A stretch of DNA of 34,638 nucleotides from the IMG/VR virus record IMGVR_UViG_3300030372_000590, positions 1 through 34,638 of that record; one strand, given 5' to 3'. This stretch comes from a virus. Taxonomy: Duplodnaviria > Caudoviricetes. The notes under the pieces are model-generated. The model ran no database searches. It saw only the letters and a program-made list of their open reading frames with translations, and was not told the origin of the DNA. The first letter of the stretch is position 1, and every line of letters starts with the position of its first letter. The position numbers and the translations under genes were made by a program. Below are positions 16,897-24,555 of the stretch, in pieces.

Positions 16897-17140
16897 TTTT
16901 TAAATACTTTTCTACTTTGGTTTTTTCTATTTTAAACTTTGTCTTACCAGCGTGATAGAAGTCTACCAGTTGATCTTTTTCTAGCAGTTTCATGATATCA
17001 TCTTCTACAATCTCTCCAAGTAATTGTTTATCATTCCAAATAATATAAGAGTAAACTTTTAAAAAGTGATTAAATATTTCTATGTCCAAATACTCCGTCT
17101 TTGAGCATTTTTTCCCATTGCTTTCTTGTGTCTGTTTCAA
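16886..17140 (-). CDS. Hypothetical protein (start uncertain, TTG)
   Basis: ORF track; fills the operon gap; overlaps the upstream gene. Confidence 0.55.
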   Translation of the reverse strand: MKQTQESNGKKCSKTEYLDIEIFNHFLKVYSYIIWNDKQLLGEIVEDDIMKLLEKDQLVDFYHAGKTKFKIEKTKVEKYLKNDK

Positions 17141-17336
17141 TTTTGTTTTCGTTTATTAGTTTTATAATTTCTTCTGCTTCTAATTCAGTCATATCATTTA
17201 ATGTACTCATAATATTTTGAACTGTTTGTGATGGCAGTATTGTATGATATATGTTGCTTTCAATGATGAGCCATTGCGTATCTGTAATAAGCGTAGGCTC
17301 ACCATTGTGCAACTCATCAAACCAATCTTCATTCAC
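17070..17336 (-). CDS. Hypothetical acidic protein (88 aa)
   Basis: ORF track; GTG start overlapping the upstream stop. Confidence 0.6.
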   Translation of the reverse strand: MNEDWFDELHNGEPTLITDTQWLIIESNIYHTILPSQTVQNIMSTLNDMTELEAEEIIKLINENKIETDTRKQWEKMLKDGVFGHRNI

Positions 17337-17776
17337 TAATCAACAATCTCATCTTGACCAAACACTCCTTGCTCATAGAATCCAGCAATTTTAAGAACTA
17401 CTCTTGACATTGCTCTCTTTTCAGCCATAGCAACAGGAAACTTTTTACCACCTCCCATTAAATTAGCATCAGATGCCTCGCCAAAACTCATAGCATTTCT
17501 AACATCATTTCCAACTTTCATTGTTGCTGCTGCTCTTAACACGCATATAGACTTTTCTACATCCATATTAATAACTTCATAAGCAACTGTAATGTTGTTT
17601 TTAGATACAATCTTATCAATACCAGTTCTTGTGATAATTACAAAGCCCCTTTTGTCTTTGTATATATCTTCTTCTGTTAAACCATTTTCTTTGTAAAGCC
17701 TTCTAAGTGCTTCTTTTCTTGTTTCAACAACAGGTTCAGGTTGTTTTCTTAGTTTTTCTTGCATAGTTTTTTTCAT
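17336..17776 (-). CDS. Sak/Rad52-like single-strand annealing protein (146 aa)
   Basis: 'FVIITRTGIDKI...SFGEAS...AMAEKRAMSRVVL' pattern of phage Rad52-fold recombinases. Confidence 0.6.
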   Translation of the reverse strand: MKKTMQEKLRKQPEPVVETRKEALRRLYKENGLTEEDIYKDKRGFVIITRTGIDKIVSKNNITVAYEVINMDVEKSICVLRAAATMKVGNDVRNAMSFGEASDANLMGGGKKFPVAMAEKRAMSRVVLKIAGFYEQGVFGQDEIVD

Positions 17777-17808
17777 TTGTTTTTGTTTTAGTTAATAATT
17801 AATTTGTT

Positions 17809-18231
17809 TTAATAATAGTCTTCATTGTAATCATATAAAGCAACCCTTTCATTTGTTTTTAAATCAAATTTAAAAAAATAAAAAGTAATATATTCTTTAT
17901 TGTAGTATTGGCTTTTCAACTCTTCAGGTATTGTGTAAACTGCACTATCTTCATACATCGGTTTGCCATCTATATGCCCTCCAAAGGTTGAAAAAGTATC
18001 TTTAAATTTTTCACTAAATTCTTGTAGTTTTTCGTATACTTCATCTTCTGTATTGTGCATTGAGATATAAGTATTTAAACTGTCTTTTAAAATGTATTTC
18101 TCATTTTGTGTTTTTTGTGTTTTTTGTGTTTTAAAACATTTATTAAAAACATCTTCTGTGTTTTTTATAGAATTGTTAAATGCTTCTATTTGTGTTTTTA
18201 CTAATTCTTCTTTCATTTTTTCTGTGTTCAT
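17809..18231 (-). CDS. Hypothetical protein (140 aa) with KTQ x3 repeat
   Basis: ORF track; conserved TAACTAAAA leader. Confidence 0.7.
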   Translation of the reverse strand: MNTEKMKEELVKTQIEAFNNSIKNTEDVFNKCFKTQKTQKTQNEKYILKDSLNTYISMHNTEDEVYEKLQEFSEKFKDTFSTFGGHIDGKPMYEDSAVYTIPEELKSQYYNKEYITFYFFKFDLKTNERVALYDYNEDYY

Positions 18232-18254
18232 TGTTTTTAGTTTTTAGTTAATAA

Positions 18255-18425
18255 TTATTGTTGTATTAAATTATCTGTATTGGCTGTCAATACTGAATAA
18301 ATTTCTTTTAGTTTTTGTTTTAATTCTATAATCTCAAGTTTAAATTTTGAGTTTGCTTTTCTTAGCCTTTGTAACTCATACGCTTGGATTTGTTTTTGTA
18401 ACTCTTTATTTTCATCAGTTTCCAT
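18255..18425 (-). CDS. Small coiled-coil protein (56 aa from ATG 18425)
   Basis: METDENKELQKQIQ...; the longer ORF-track start lies within the promoter. Confidence 0.65.
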   Translation of the reverse strand: METDENKELQKQIQAYELQRLRKANSKFKLEIIELKQKLKEIYSVLTANTDNLIQQ

Positions 18426-18451
18426 ATTTATAAGTTTGGTTAATAATGATG

Positions 18452-18482
18452 CAAAGTTATAAAATTGAAACAAACCACCAAA
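18452..18482 (-). promoter_or_regulatory. Consensus Bacteroidota promoter (TTTG-19 nt-TAACTTTG) for the replication/recombination operon
   Basis: Both elements at canonical spacing; inverted repeat AACATTTT/AAAATGTT at 18491-18511 just upstream. Confidence 0.75.
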
Positions 18483-18542
18483 GAATTTTCAACATTTTTT
18501 TATAAAATGTTTATCCACTAGATTAAAATTGTGTGATTTTTT

Positions 18543-19631
18543 CTAAAAATAATGAACTAATCGTGCTACTTGACCGCTATTTCTTTCGTGAACAAAGCCT
18601 TCAACTGCTTTTAAAACACCAGAAAAACCTTTTCTATTATGCCAACTGTCAGTACCACTTGGTGAACGCATATATTCTACAGTAACACCTATAAAATCTT
18701 TTGCATCTCTCCATTTATGTTTTACTTTATGATGTAAATGATGTAAATACCAATACCTATACTTAGTGCTACTCCACATTTCTGGTTTCTCTTGAGCCAT
18801 TAATAAAGGTAAACTATCCATCTTAGCACCATCACCATGTTCTAAACCTATAAGATTAGTACCATACTGATAATACTTTCTGTGTGCTACACCTACATCA
18901 AATGTAATTCTTTTGTCTTTTCTAAACCAACTTTTTAAAGCGTGTGCTAAATGAAAGCCACTTTGATAATCATGATTACTCATACAATGTATAACATCTA
19001 CAGGAGCAATCTCTCTTAATATTTCTACACACCTTACATATAAAGCAAGACCAATTTCAAAATGCTCCCACCACTTACCATCTGTGTCTTGATAAGTTCC
19101 TTTTGTAGTTGTTCCATAAACATTGTCAATATGCAATACATCATTTCCTATGCAGAATAAAATCTTTTCTATCTCAAACCCTTCTGACTTCGCTACAAGC
19201 CCTTCTAAGCCTTCTAAAACTCGCATACAAGCAGTTTCAACGTCATATTCGCTGCCAGTTTCTACACCATTTGCATATTTACCTATATGAATGTCTGCTG
19301 GATTTATAACTAGCAAATGACTAGCGTTTGTGTTTTTTGTTTTTATAGTAGGATAATGAGGAGAATATTGATCTATAAACCTACTTACCTTTGATAATAA
19401 GTCTTTTTCATTTAAAGACATATCTTCTTTAGTAACAACACTAAATCTAAATTCTCCACCAGCAGATTGCCAATGCTTTACTGATACTACATCTTTTTTA
19501 TCAATACCCCTTTCAGCAAGATGTATATCTAATACTGTGTTATTATTTATGTTGGTTTCTGTTGCTCTACTTTCATAGATCATTTCTACCTCTTCAGGTG
19601 AAAGTCTAAGTCTTTTTCCGTATTTTTTCAT
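18543..19631 (-). CDS. Calcineurin-like metallophosphoesterase (362 aa)
   Basis: Motifs DIHIG, GND..HID, SNHD, HGD, HLHH. Confidence 0.85.
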   Translation of the reverse strand: MKKYGKRLRLSPEEVEMIYESRATETNINNNTVLDIHLAERGIDKKDVVSVKHWQSAGGEFRFSVVTKEDMSLNEKDLLSKVSRFIDQYSPHYPTIKTKNTNASHLLVINPADIHIGKYANGVETGSEYDVETACMRVLEGLEGLVAKSEGFEIEKILFCIGNDVLHIDNVYGTTTKGTYQDTDGKWWEHFEIGLALYVRCVEILREIAPVDVIHCMSNHDYQSGFHLAHALKSWFRKDKRITFDVGVAHRKYYQYGTNLIGLEHGDGAKMDSLPLLMAQEKPEMWSSTKYRYWYLHHLHHKVKHKWRDAKDFIGVTVEYMRSPSGTDSWHNRKGFSGVLKAVEGFVHERNSGQVARLVHYF

Positions 19632-19679
19632 AGTTTATTGTTTTTTAGTTACGCAAAGTAATCAAAATACAAGTCTATA

Positions 19680-19718
19680 AAATACAAAGGTGAGATGCTT
19701 ATTAACACCTCACCCTTG
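19680..19718 (-). terminator. Terminator-like hairpin ending the late/lysis transcript
   Basis: Minus strand AAGGGTGAGGTG-loop-CATCTCACCTTT (12 bp including G-U), then GTATTTT. Confidence 0.7.
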
Positions 19719-19765
19719 AAAACTATAAACAATGAAACAAAGATAGGCACAACCCTACCCTGTAA
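19680..19765 (-). ncRNA. Candidate 3'-UTR sRNA: hairpin, anti-start-region seed, terminator
   Basis: Hairpin 19737-19763, seed UUUGUUUCAUUGUUUAUAGUUUU (19741 to 19719), terminator 19686-19717; seed is complementary to several phage start regions. Confidence 0.45.
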
Positions 19766-19778
19766 TTTGCTAAAATAA

Positions 19779-20057
19779 TCATTTTTTGGAAATATCCTTG
19801 CAATTACCACAATTTTTTTCAAAAACAGAAAAGCATAATGGTAAAACCCCTAGTGCTGTCATTATAAGAGCATTAGTGTCTATTCCGTTTTTTTCTATGT
19901 ATAAACTAGCAGCAACAACTATTACTCCACTAATTGTTCTTTTACTACTCCACTTGCCTTTAGTGTCTGTAAATAGTTCTTTTACTGCTTTTAATAATTC
20001 TGTTATTGGCTTAACAGCACCTGTTGCGAGTGCCTCACCTATCCATTTTTTTATCAT
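19779..20057 (-). CDS. Holin-like membrane protein (92 aa, 2 TM)
   Basis: 'GKWSSKR' followed by two hydrophobic helices; in the lysis cluster. Confidence 0.6.
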   Translation of the reverse strand: MIKKWIGEALATGAVKPITELLKAVKELFTDTKGKWSSKRTISGVIVVAASLYIEKNGIDTNALIMTALGVLPLCFSVFEKNCGNCKDISKK

Positions 20058-20230
20058 TACTTCTTAATGTCTGCAAGTCCTTGACCTAAGATTAATGTGA
20101 GAATAGCATAATAAACTTTCTCAATCTCAGCCTCAGTAAGACCTAGTTTAACTGCCGCAAAAGGAATAAATATAGCCCCTATTGTGTACCAAAACTTTCT
20201 TGAATCAAACATTTTTTTTAAAATTTCCAT
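20057..20230 (-). CDS. Holin (57 aa, MEILKKMFDSRKFWYTIGAIFIPFAAVKLG...GQGLADIKK)
   Basis: Translated by hand; SRKFW motif, two hydrophobic segments and a basic C-terminus; directly after the endolysin. Confidence 0.7.
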   Translation of the reverse strand: MEILKKMFDSRKFWYTIGAIFIPFAAVKLGLTEAEIEKVYYAILTLILGQGLADIKK

Positions 20231-20255
20231 AATATATATTTAAGTTAATAATTAA

Positions 20256-20612
20256 TTAATATAACCAAATCACAGGACTTGGCTTGTTAGTATAATCTAT
20301 ATCCACATGGATAAATGATTTATGTAATCCGTATCTTTCAAACTCTGCATATACTAAAGCATCCATCATTATTGCTCTAGTGTTACTATCTTTACATTCT
20401 ATATCTACAGCCAACCCTTTTATATGAGATGATGTTGGGTTCTTCTTGCTTTCAGGATGGTTCTCGCATCTGTATCCACTAGATATAACAAAAGGAATCT
20501 TTGCAAAAGACCTAGCCTTATCTAACATATACAATAACTCATCATTTATAACAGTTTCACCACATCCACACTTGCAAGTAAACTCAGACCTTTTAAAATG
20601 TTTTAGTTTCAT
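20256..20612 (-). CDS. Endolysin, peptidase M15A family (118 aa from ATG 20612)
   Basis: 'HFKRSEFTCKCGCG...ISSGYRC..H...SSHIKGLAVDI...FIHVD' Zn-peptidase motifs. Confidence 0.9.
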   Translation of the reverse strand: MKLKHFKRSEFTCKCGCGETVINDELLYMLDKARSFAKIPFVISSGYRCENHPESKKNPTSSHIKGLAVDIECKDSNTRAIMMDALVYAEFERYGLHKSFIHVDIDYTNKPSPVIWLY

Positions 20613-20613
20613 T

Positions 20614-21258
20614 TTATTTTGATTCTTTAAGATTTTTAATAATCTCATCAAAATAACCACCAAATTCATCTTTTATATTTTCTTCTTGTTTATCACCATA
20701 AGTAAACTTTATAAGCATTTCATTACCATCTTCTTCTACTCTAACCTCTAGTTCCCCTTCGTTATGTAAAGTCTCCATCATCTCTTGTGTAAAATGAAAG
20801 TGATGGTCATGCTCATCATCAGAATAATATTTCTTTTTTTTAGCCATATTTTTTTTATCTATTTGTTCTAATTTTTTTATTGCCCAATTTATACCTGCAT
20901 CTCCTCCCCAAGCATCCCACATTATACCCCCACATCCTTCATCATAAGGAACGTCTTTGTGTTGTTGATGTCTTTTAAATGAAGCCATACGAGCAATAGT
21001 TCTTCTTGTAAGGCTTTCTCTGTTTGACAATTGTCTGGCTCTTGTCCAGCCAACGACAGTTCCACAATCACTACCATTTTCTTCTTTGTACTTTATTGCT
21101 CTCTTAGCATTGTTAGTTGCTGCTTGTGGATAGTCATTATAAGTTTCTTCTGCGTAATAATCTTTATTAGCAGTTTCACACTCAGATTTAGAATCATACT
21201 GACATTCGCCAGTTTGACCAAATTTCCATTTACCATTTTCACATTCGTAGCAAGGCAT
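20614..21258 (-). CDS. Conserved phage protein of unknown function (214 aa)
   Basis: 'YNDYPQAA.NNAKRA...CGT.VGW.RARQL...RMASF.RH...WDAWGG..G..WA' domain, recalled as often fused to phage head-assembly proteins. Confidence 0.7.
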   Translation of the reverse strand: MPCYECENGKWKFGQTGECQYDSKSECETANKDYYAEETYNDYPQAATNNAKRAIKYKEENGSDCGTVVGWTRARQLSNRESLTRRTIARMASFKRHQQHKDVPYDEGCGGIMWDAWGGDAGINWAIKKLEQIDKKNMAKKKKYYSDDEHDHHFHFTQEMMETLHNEGELEVRVEEDGNEMLIKFTYGDKQEENIKDEFGGYFDEIIKNLKESK

Positions 21259-21269
21259 ATTATTTATAT

Positions 21270-21401
21270 TTATCTTCCTTGACCTCTATAGGGTTTGACA
21301 TACTGTTGACCCCCTTTAGTCCTAGAAGCGTTTTTACTATGTATTCCTTTTCTTTTTTTACGAGTATTTCCTCTAAACTTAAATGTAACTCCTTTAGCCA
21401 T
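21270..21401 (-). CDS. Small basic protein (43 aa, MAKGVTFKFRGNTRKKRKGIHSK...KPYRGQGR)
   Basis: Translated by hand; TAATATGGCT start; the C-terminal YRGQG(R/K) motif is one I recall from other aquatic phages. Confidence 0.75.
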   Translation of the reverse strand: MAKGVTFKFRGNTRKKRKGIHSKNASRTKGGQQYVKPYRGQGR

Positions 21402-21402
21402 A

Positions 21403-21849
21403 TTATGTTGTTACTGCTAATATTTCTATATCACACGCTGCTGTATCTGCATCTGCTTTTATTTGAGTTATATCTGCAAACGCACCAAAAGTTGTACTTG
21501 CGTCAATAGCATCCATATCATTACTCATTAATAAAAACGTATCACCTGCTGCTAACTTATAAAAGAAAGAGTCAGCACCATTATAAAGAGTTAACATTAC
21601 AAAATTTGTGTCATCTAAATTTTTAATTCTAAAATATTTAAAATCTCCTACTGTTACTTGTCCTGCCGCATCAGCAGCCCCAAAGTTTAAAATTGCAGGG
21701 TCGCTAGTGCTAACACTCATAATTCTTTGTAAAACCTCACCATTAGTTGAAAAAACTTTATTAGATGAATTACCATAACTAACTCCATTTAAAGTATAAG
21801 ATTCTGTAACTGTTACTGTCAAATCTGCTGCTGTTACTGTTGTTGCCAT
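21403..21849 (-). CDS. Putative virion structural protein (148 aa)
   Basis: Thr/Ala-rich beta protein, 'KYFRIKNLDDTNFV'; in the structural cluster. Confidence 0.6.
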   Translation of the reverse strand: MATTVTAADLTVTVTESYTLNGVSYGNSSNKVFSTNGEVLQRIMSVSTSDPAILNFGAADAAGQVTVGDFKYFRIKNLDDTNFVMLTLYNGADSFFYKLAAGDTFLLMSNDMDAIDASTTFGAFADITQIKADADTAACDIEILAVTT

Positions 21850-21874
21850 ATTATTATTTTTATTATATTATTAT

Positions 21875-22225
21875 TTATATTATTTCGTTTTCTTCTTCTG
21901 TTTCAGGATGTGTTAAATATCCTGCAAACGTATGTGCATATTCTTTTGGAAAAACCTCAGCATCTCCAAAATCTATTTCTGCTGTTGTCATTACATCATA
22001 AAATACACCATCATAATATACAGGTGGTGTTATTTCGTGTCCATCAGGATCATAAGTTCCAGAAATTTCTACAATCTTACCTATGTATACTACTGATTGT
22101 GTTTCGTTAGTATAAACATTTTCCCCTTCAATAACTTCATAAACACCTTTTGCTATTAGGTCAGCATCTCCTGCCTGTTTATCTGTATAGTGTAATTTAT
22201 ATATTTTATATTTTGGCTCTTCCAT
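21875..22225 (-). CDS. Fibre-associated protein (116 aa)
   Basis: Follows the fibre gene; 'G.YDPDG.EITPPV...DVM...P...H.FAG' motif typical of genes following fibres. Confidence 0.55.
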   Translation of the reverse strand: MEEPKYKIYKLHYTDKQAGDADLIAKGVYEVIEGENVYTNETQSVVYIGKIVEISGTYDPDGHEITPPVYYDGVFYDVMTTAEIDFGDAEVFPKEYAHTFAGYLTHPETEEENEII

Positions 22226-22228
22226 ATT

Positions 22229-23842
22229 CTATGTTGTTAAGGCATCACATTGGGCATCTGTTAACGCTGTTTTATAAAGTTGTAGTTGTCTTATTTTTCC
22301 ATAAAAATATGCCCCTGTACCCCCTGAACTAAATCTTAAGTCAGTTAAATCAGTTGAAATACTAAAAGTTCCACTTTCTTTATCTCTTTCACTTCCATTT
22401 ACAAATAAAGTTAATTCATCATCTTTATATCTTAATGCTATTTTGTTAAAATCTGTTTCAGTAGCACTTGCATAAACTACAGGATTAGTTTGTACTCCGC
22501 CCACCCCAGAAAGCCCTCTTATTTGTCCACCTGCGGTAAAATAAATCATAACTCTATTGCCTGTCGTTCCATCAGATAAAGAAATACTTTCTTGCGACCC
22601 ACTTCCTGCTGATGCCATCTCTAAATATAAAACTCCTTCTGTTCCAATTAAATCTCCAATTCCTGTTCTTACAAACAAATCTTTATTTCTTGTTACTGTA
22701 CTTCCTGCTGTTGGTATGTATGATGTAGCGTAGGAACTTACTTCTAATTGACATCCCCACATATATACAGATGGATTGTCATCTGTTGCTACACCACCAC
22801 TTGTTCCAAATTTAATAGTTCTTGAACCTGTGTTTGTTACTGCTTTACTAAATGTATATCTCACCCAATCAGTAGTTAAAGTTACTATGTTAGAATTTTG
22901 ATTATCAAAATCCATAAAAATCTTTTCTCCACCACTCTCTCCTTTTAAATAACAACTTAAAGAATAAGTGTCAGCAGTTTGGGTATAAGTTTGAGATAGT
23001 AAACTAAAATCACTACCTGAAGTACCTCCATTTAAATCAAACACAACTTTATCTGCATTTTGTGTTCCATCAGGAGAAACAACATTGTTAACAGTAACAA
23101 CAGGTGCTGAAGCAGTACCTCCAGTTGTCTTACTCCAAGTAGCATTATCTATTTCTTCACTTCTTAATGCAATATTTATTCTTTGTGGTTCTACTAATAT
23201 ATGAGGACACCCTCCACCTGAAGGAGTGTCTAATCTTGGGAAACCACTTGCACTACTCGTTATTAATTCTGCATAATTAACAAAAGTAGCAGTAGTTGCT
23301 CTAGTGAAGTCCATATCTGCTGATGTGTATTCTCTTACAGAAACATTACTAAGTTTTATTACTGAAGTAGCATTTCTATCGTTGTTAAGAACAAATATTT
23401 GATTTGGGGAAAGTTGAGTGTAGTAGTAAGTGTGAGTTCCTAACGTAGCATTTATATCAACGTATGAATACCCATTAAAGTATGCAAGATTTGGAGAGTT
23501 ACTAACCTCTGAAACTGTATAGGTAAATTTATATGTTTTACCTATTGTCAAAATGTTTATACTATTTACTCCATTAGTAGCGTAAACTCTTGGATAAACT
23601 GATGAAGAACTATCACTTGTTAAAACTAATTCACCTCCTACAATATTACTCCCTACATTTGAAGCCGATGCTAAATTCCAACCCAATGAATAACTACTTG
23701 TAGTTGGTGTTCCTGCTGTTGCAAAATCTCCATTAGTAATTAATTCAGTACCTATTATTGGTTCAGGTAATACTCCAAATAATACATCTTCTGCTACCCC
23801 ATTAGGTGTTATCATTAAACTTACATCATCTAATAAACTCAT
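22229..23842 (-). CDS. Head-spike/tail fibre protein with carbohydrate-binding and LamG-like domains (537 aa)
   Basis: 'ELITNGDF' CBM-like module, 'FTRATTAT...PRLD...LVEPQR.N', 'ATSYIPT.GSTVTR..D', and a C-terminal LamG-like domain. Confidence 0.75.
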   Translation of the reverse strand: MSLLDDVSLMITPNGVAEDVLFGVLPEPIIGTELITNGDFATAGTPTTSSYSLGWNLASASNVGSNIVGGELVLTSDSSSSVYPRVYATNGVNSINILTIGKTYKFTYTVSEVSNSPNLAYFNGYSYVDINATLGTHTYYYTQLSPNQIFVLNNDRNATSVIKLSNVSVREYTSADMDFTRATTATFVNYAELITSSASGFPRLDTPSGGGCPHILVEPQRINIALRSEEIDNATWSKTTGGTASAPVVTVNNVVSPDGTQNADKVVFDLNGGTSGSDFSLLSQTYTQTADTYSLSCYLKGESGGEKIFMDFDNQNSNIVTLTTDWVRYTFSKAVTNTGSRTIKFGTSGGVATDDNPSVYMWGCQLEVSSYATSYIPTAGSTVTRNKDLFVRTGIGDLIGTEGVLYLEMASAGSGSQESISLSDGTTGNRVMIYFTAGGQIRGLSGVGGVQTNPVVYASATETDFNKIALRYKDDELTLFVNGSERDKESGTFSISTDLTDLRFSSGGTGAYFYGKIRQLQLYKTALTDAQCDALTT

Positions 23843-23843
23843 A

Positions 23844-24011
23844 TTATGCTATGTTTTTAATTGCGTTTAATTGTACAGTTAAACAACCCAACTTAGTTGT
23901 AGAACCACCTCTTGATACAACTCTTCTTTTAAAAGCATCTACTATTAAAGCAGTACTTCTACCACTTCTAGGTTTGCTTGAGCCTAACGATATGCTTAAT
24001 GCTAATTTCAT
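23844..24011 (-). CDS. Small protein (55 aa, MKLALSISLGSSKPRSG...FKRRVVSRGG...CL...IKNIA), possible fibre anchor
   Basis: Translated by hand; TAATG coupling upstream and TAA-T-ATG downstream. Confidence 0.7.
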   Translation of the reverse strand: MKLALSISLGSSKPRSGRSTALIVDAFKRRVVSRGGSTTKLGCLTVQLNAIKNIA

Positions 24012-24298
24012 TAGGCATTAGCGTTACCATCATGCTCACTATATCCTATTCCTATTCCACTAGTTAAAGTTATAGAGGTGATTCGCATGAACAAGTGAGT
24101 CCCAGCAGGTAGTGTCGTTTGTAGAGCAGTTTCACCAGTACAACCACCTGCTGTAATAGAAGCAACTACTGATTCTACTGGAAAATAAACACAGTAAAAA
24201 TCTGTTGATGTTTGTGCTGCAGTAGTGAAAACTGTTGTTCCGCCACCCTTCCCTAACATTTCAAATAGTAGGGTATTATCCGTATCATATGTACTCAT
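24011..24298 (-). CDS. Putative head-spike base / decoration protein (95 aa)
   Basis: 'TLPAGTHLFMRITSITLTSG' resembles small spike-base proteins; precedes the fibre. Confidence 0.5.
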   Translation of the reverse strand: MSTYDTDNTLLFEMLGKGGGTTVFTTAAQTSTDFYCVYFPVESVVASITAGGCTGETALQTTLPAGTHLFMRITSITLTSGIGIGYSEHDGNANA

Positions 24299-24321
24299 TA
24301 TTTCTTATTTTTTTATTGTTA

Positions 24322-24555
24322 TTAATCTGTAAATATTTTTATTATTGCCCCTAGAGTAATAGTATATATTACCCACATTGCCTTTACTAAATTCTTCCTC
24401 ATCATTGTATTTCTGTTAACTCTAGCAGTAACACCATTATCAGGATTTAGTAATTTGTCTGTTAACATATCTAACTTTTCATCTATGCTATCTATTTTTT
24501 TGTTTATAGAAGTTATATCTTTTTTCATTGCTATTATCTCCTCCTTAGTTGTCAT
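24322..24555 (-). CDS. Coiled-coil protein with C-terminal TM (77 aa)
   Basis: Heptad repeats followed by 'AMWVIYTITLGAII'. Confidence 0.65.
   Translation of the reverse strand: MTTKEEIIAMKKDITSINKKIDSIDEKLDMLTDKLLNPDNGVTARVNRNTMMRKNLVKAMWVIYTITLGAIIKIFTD

Noticed and set aside
17070-17140. GGGAAAAAA run in a gene overlap as a second frameshift
   Set aside because: The downstream ORF is in the +1 frame and the heptamer is not phased for -1 slippage; an alternative TTG start explains it.
18104-18132. TTTTGTGTT x3 (KTQ x3) repeat
   Set aside because: In-frame 9-bp slippage repeat with no sign of phase variation or other function.
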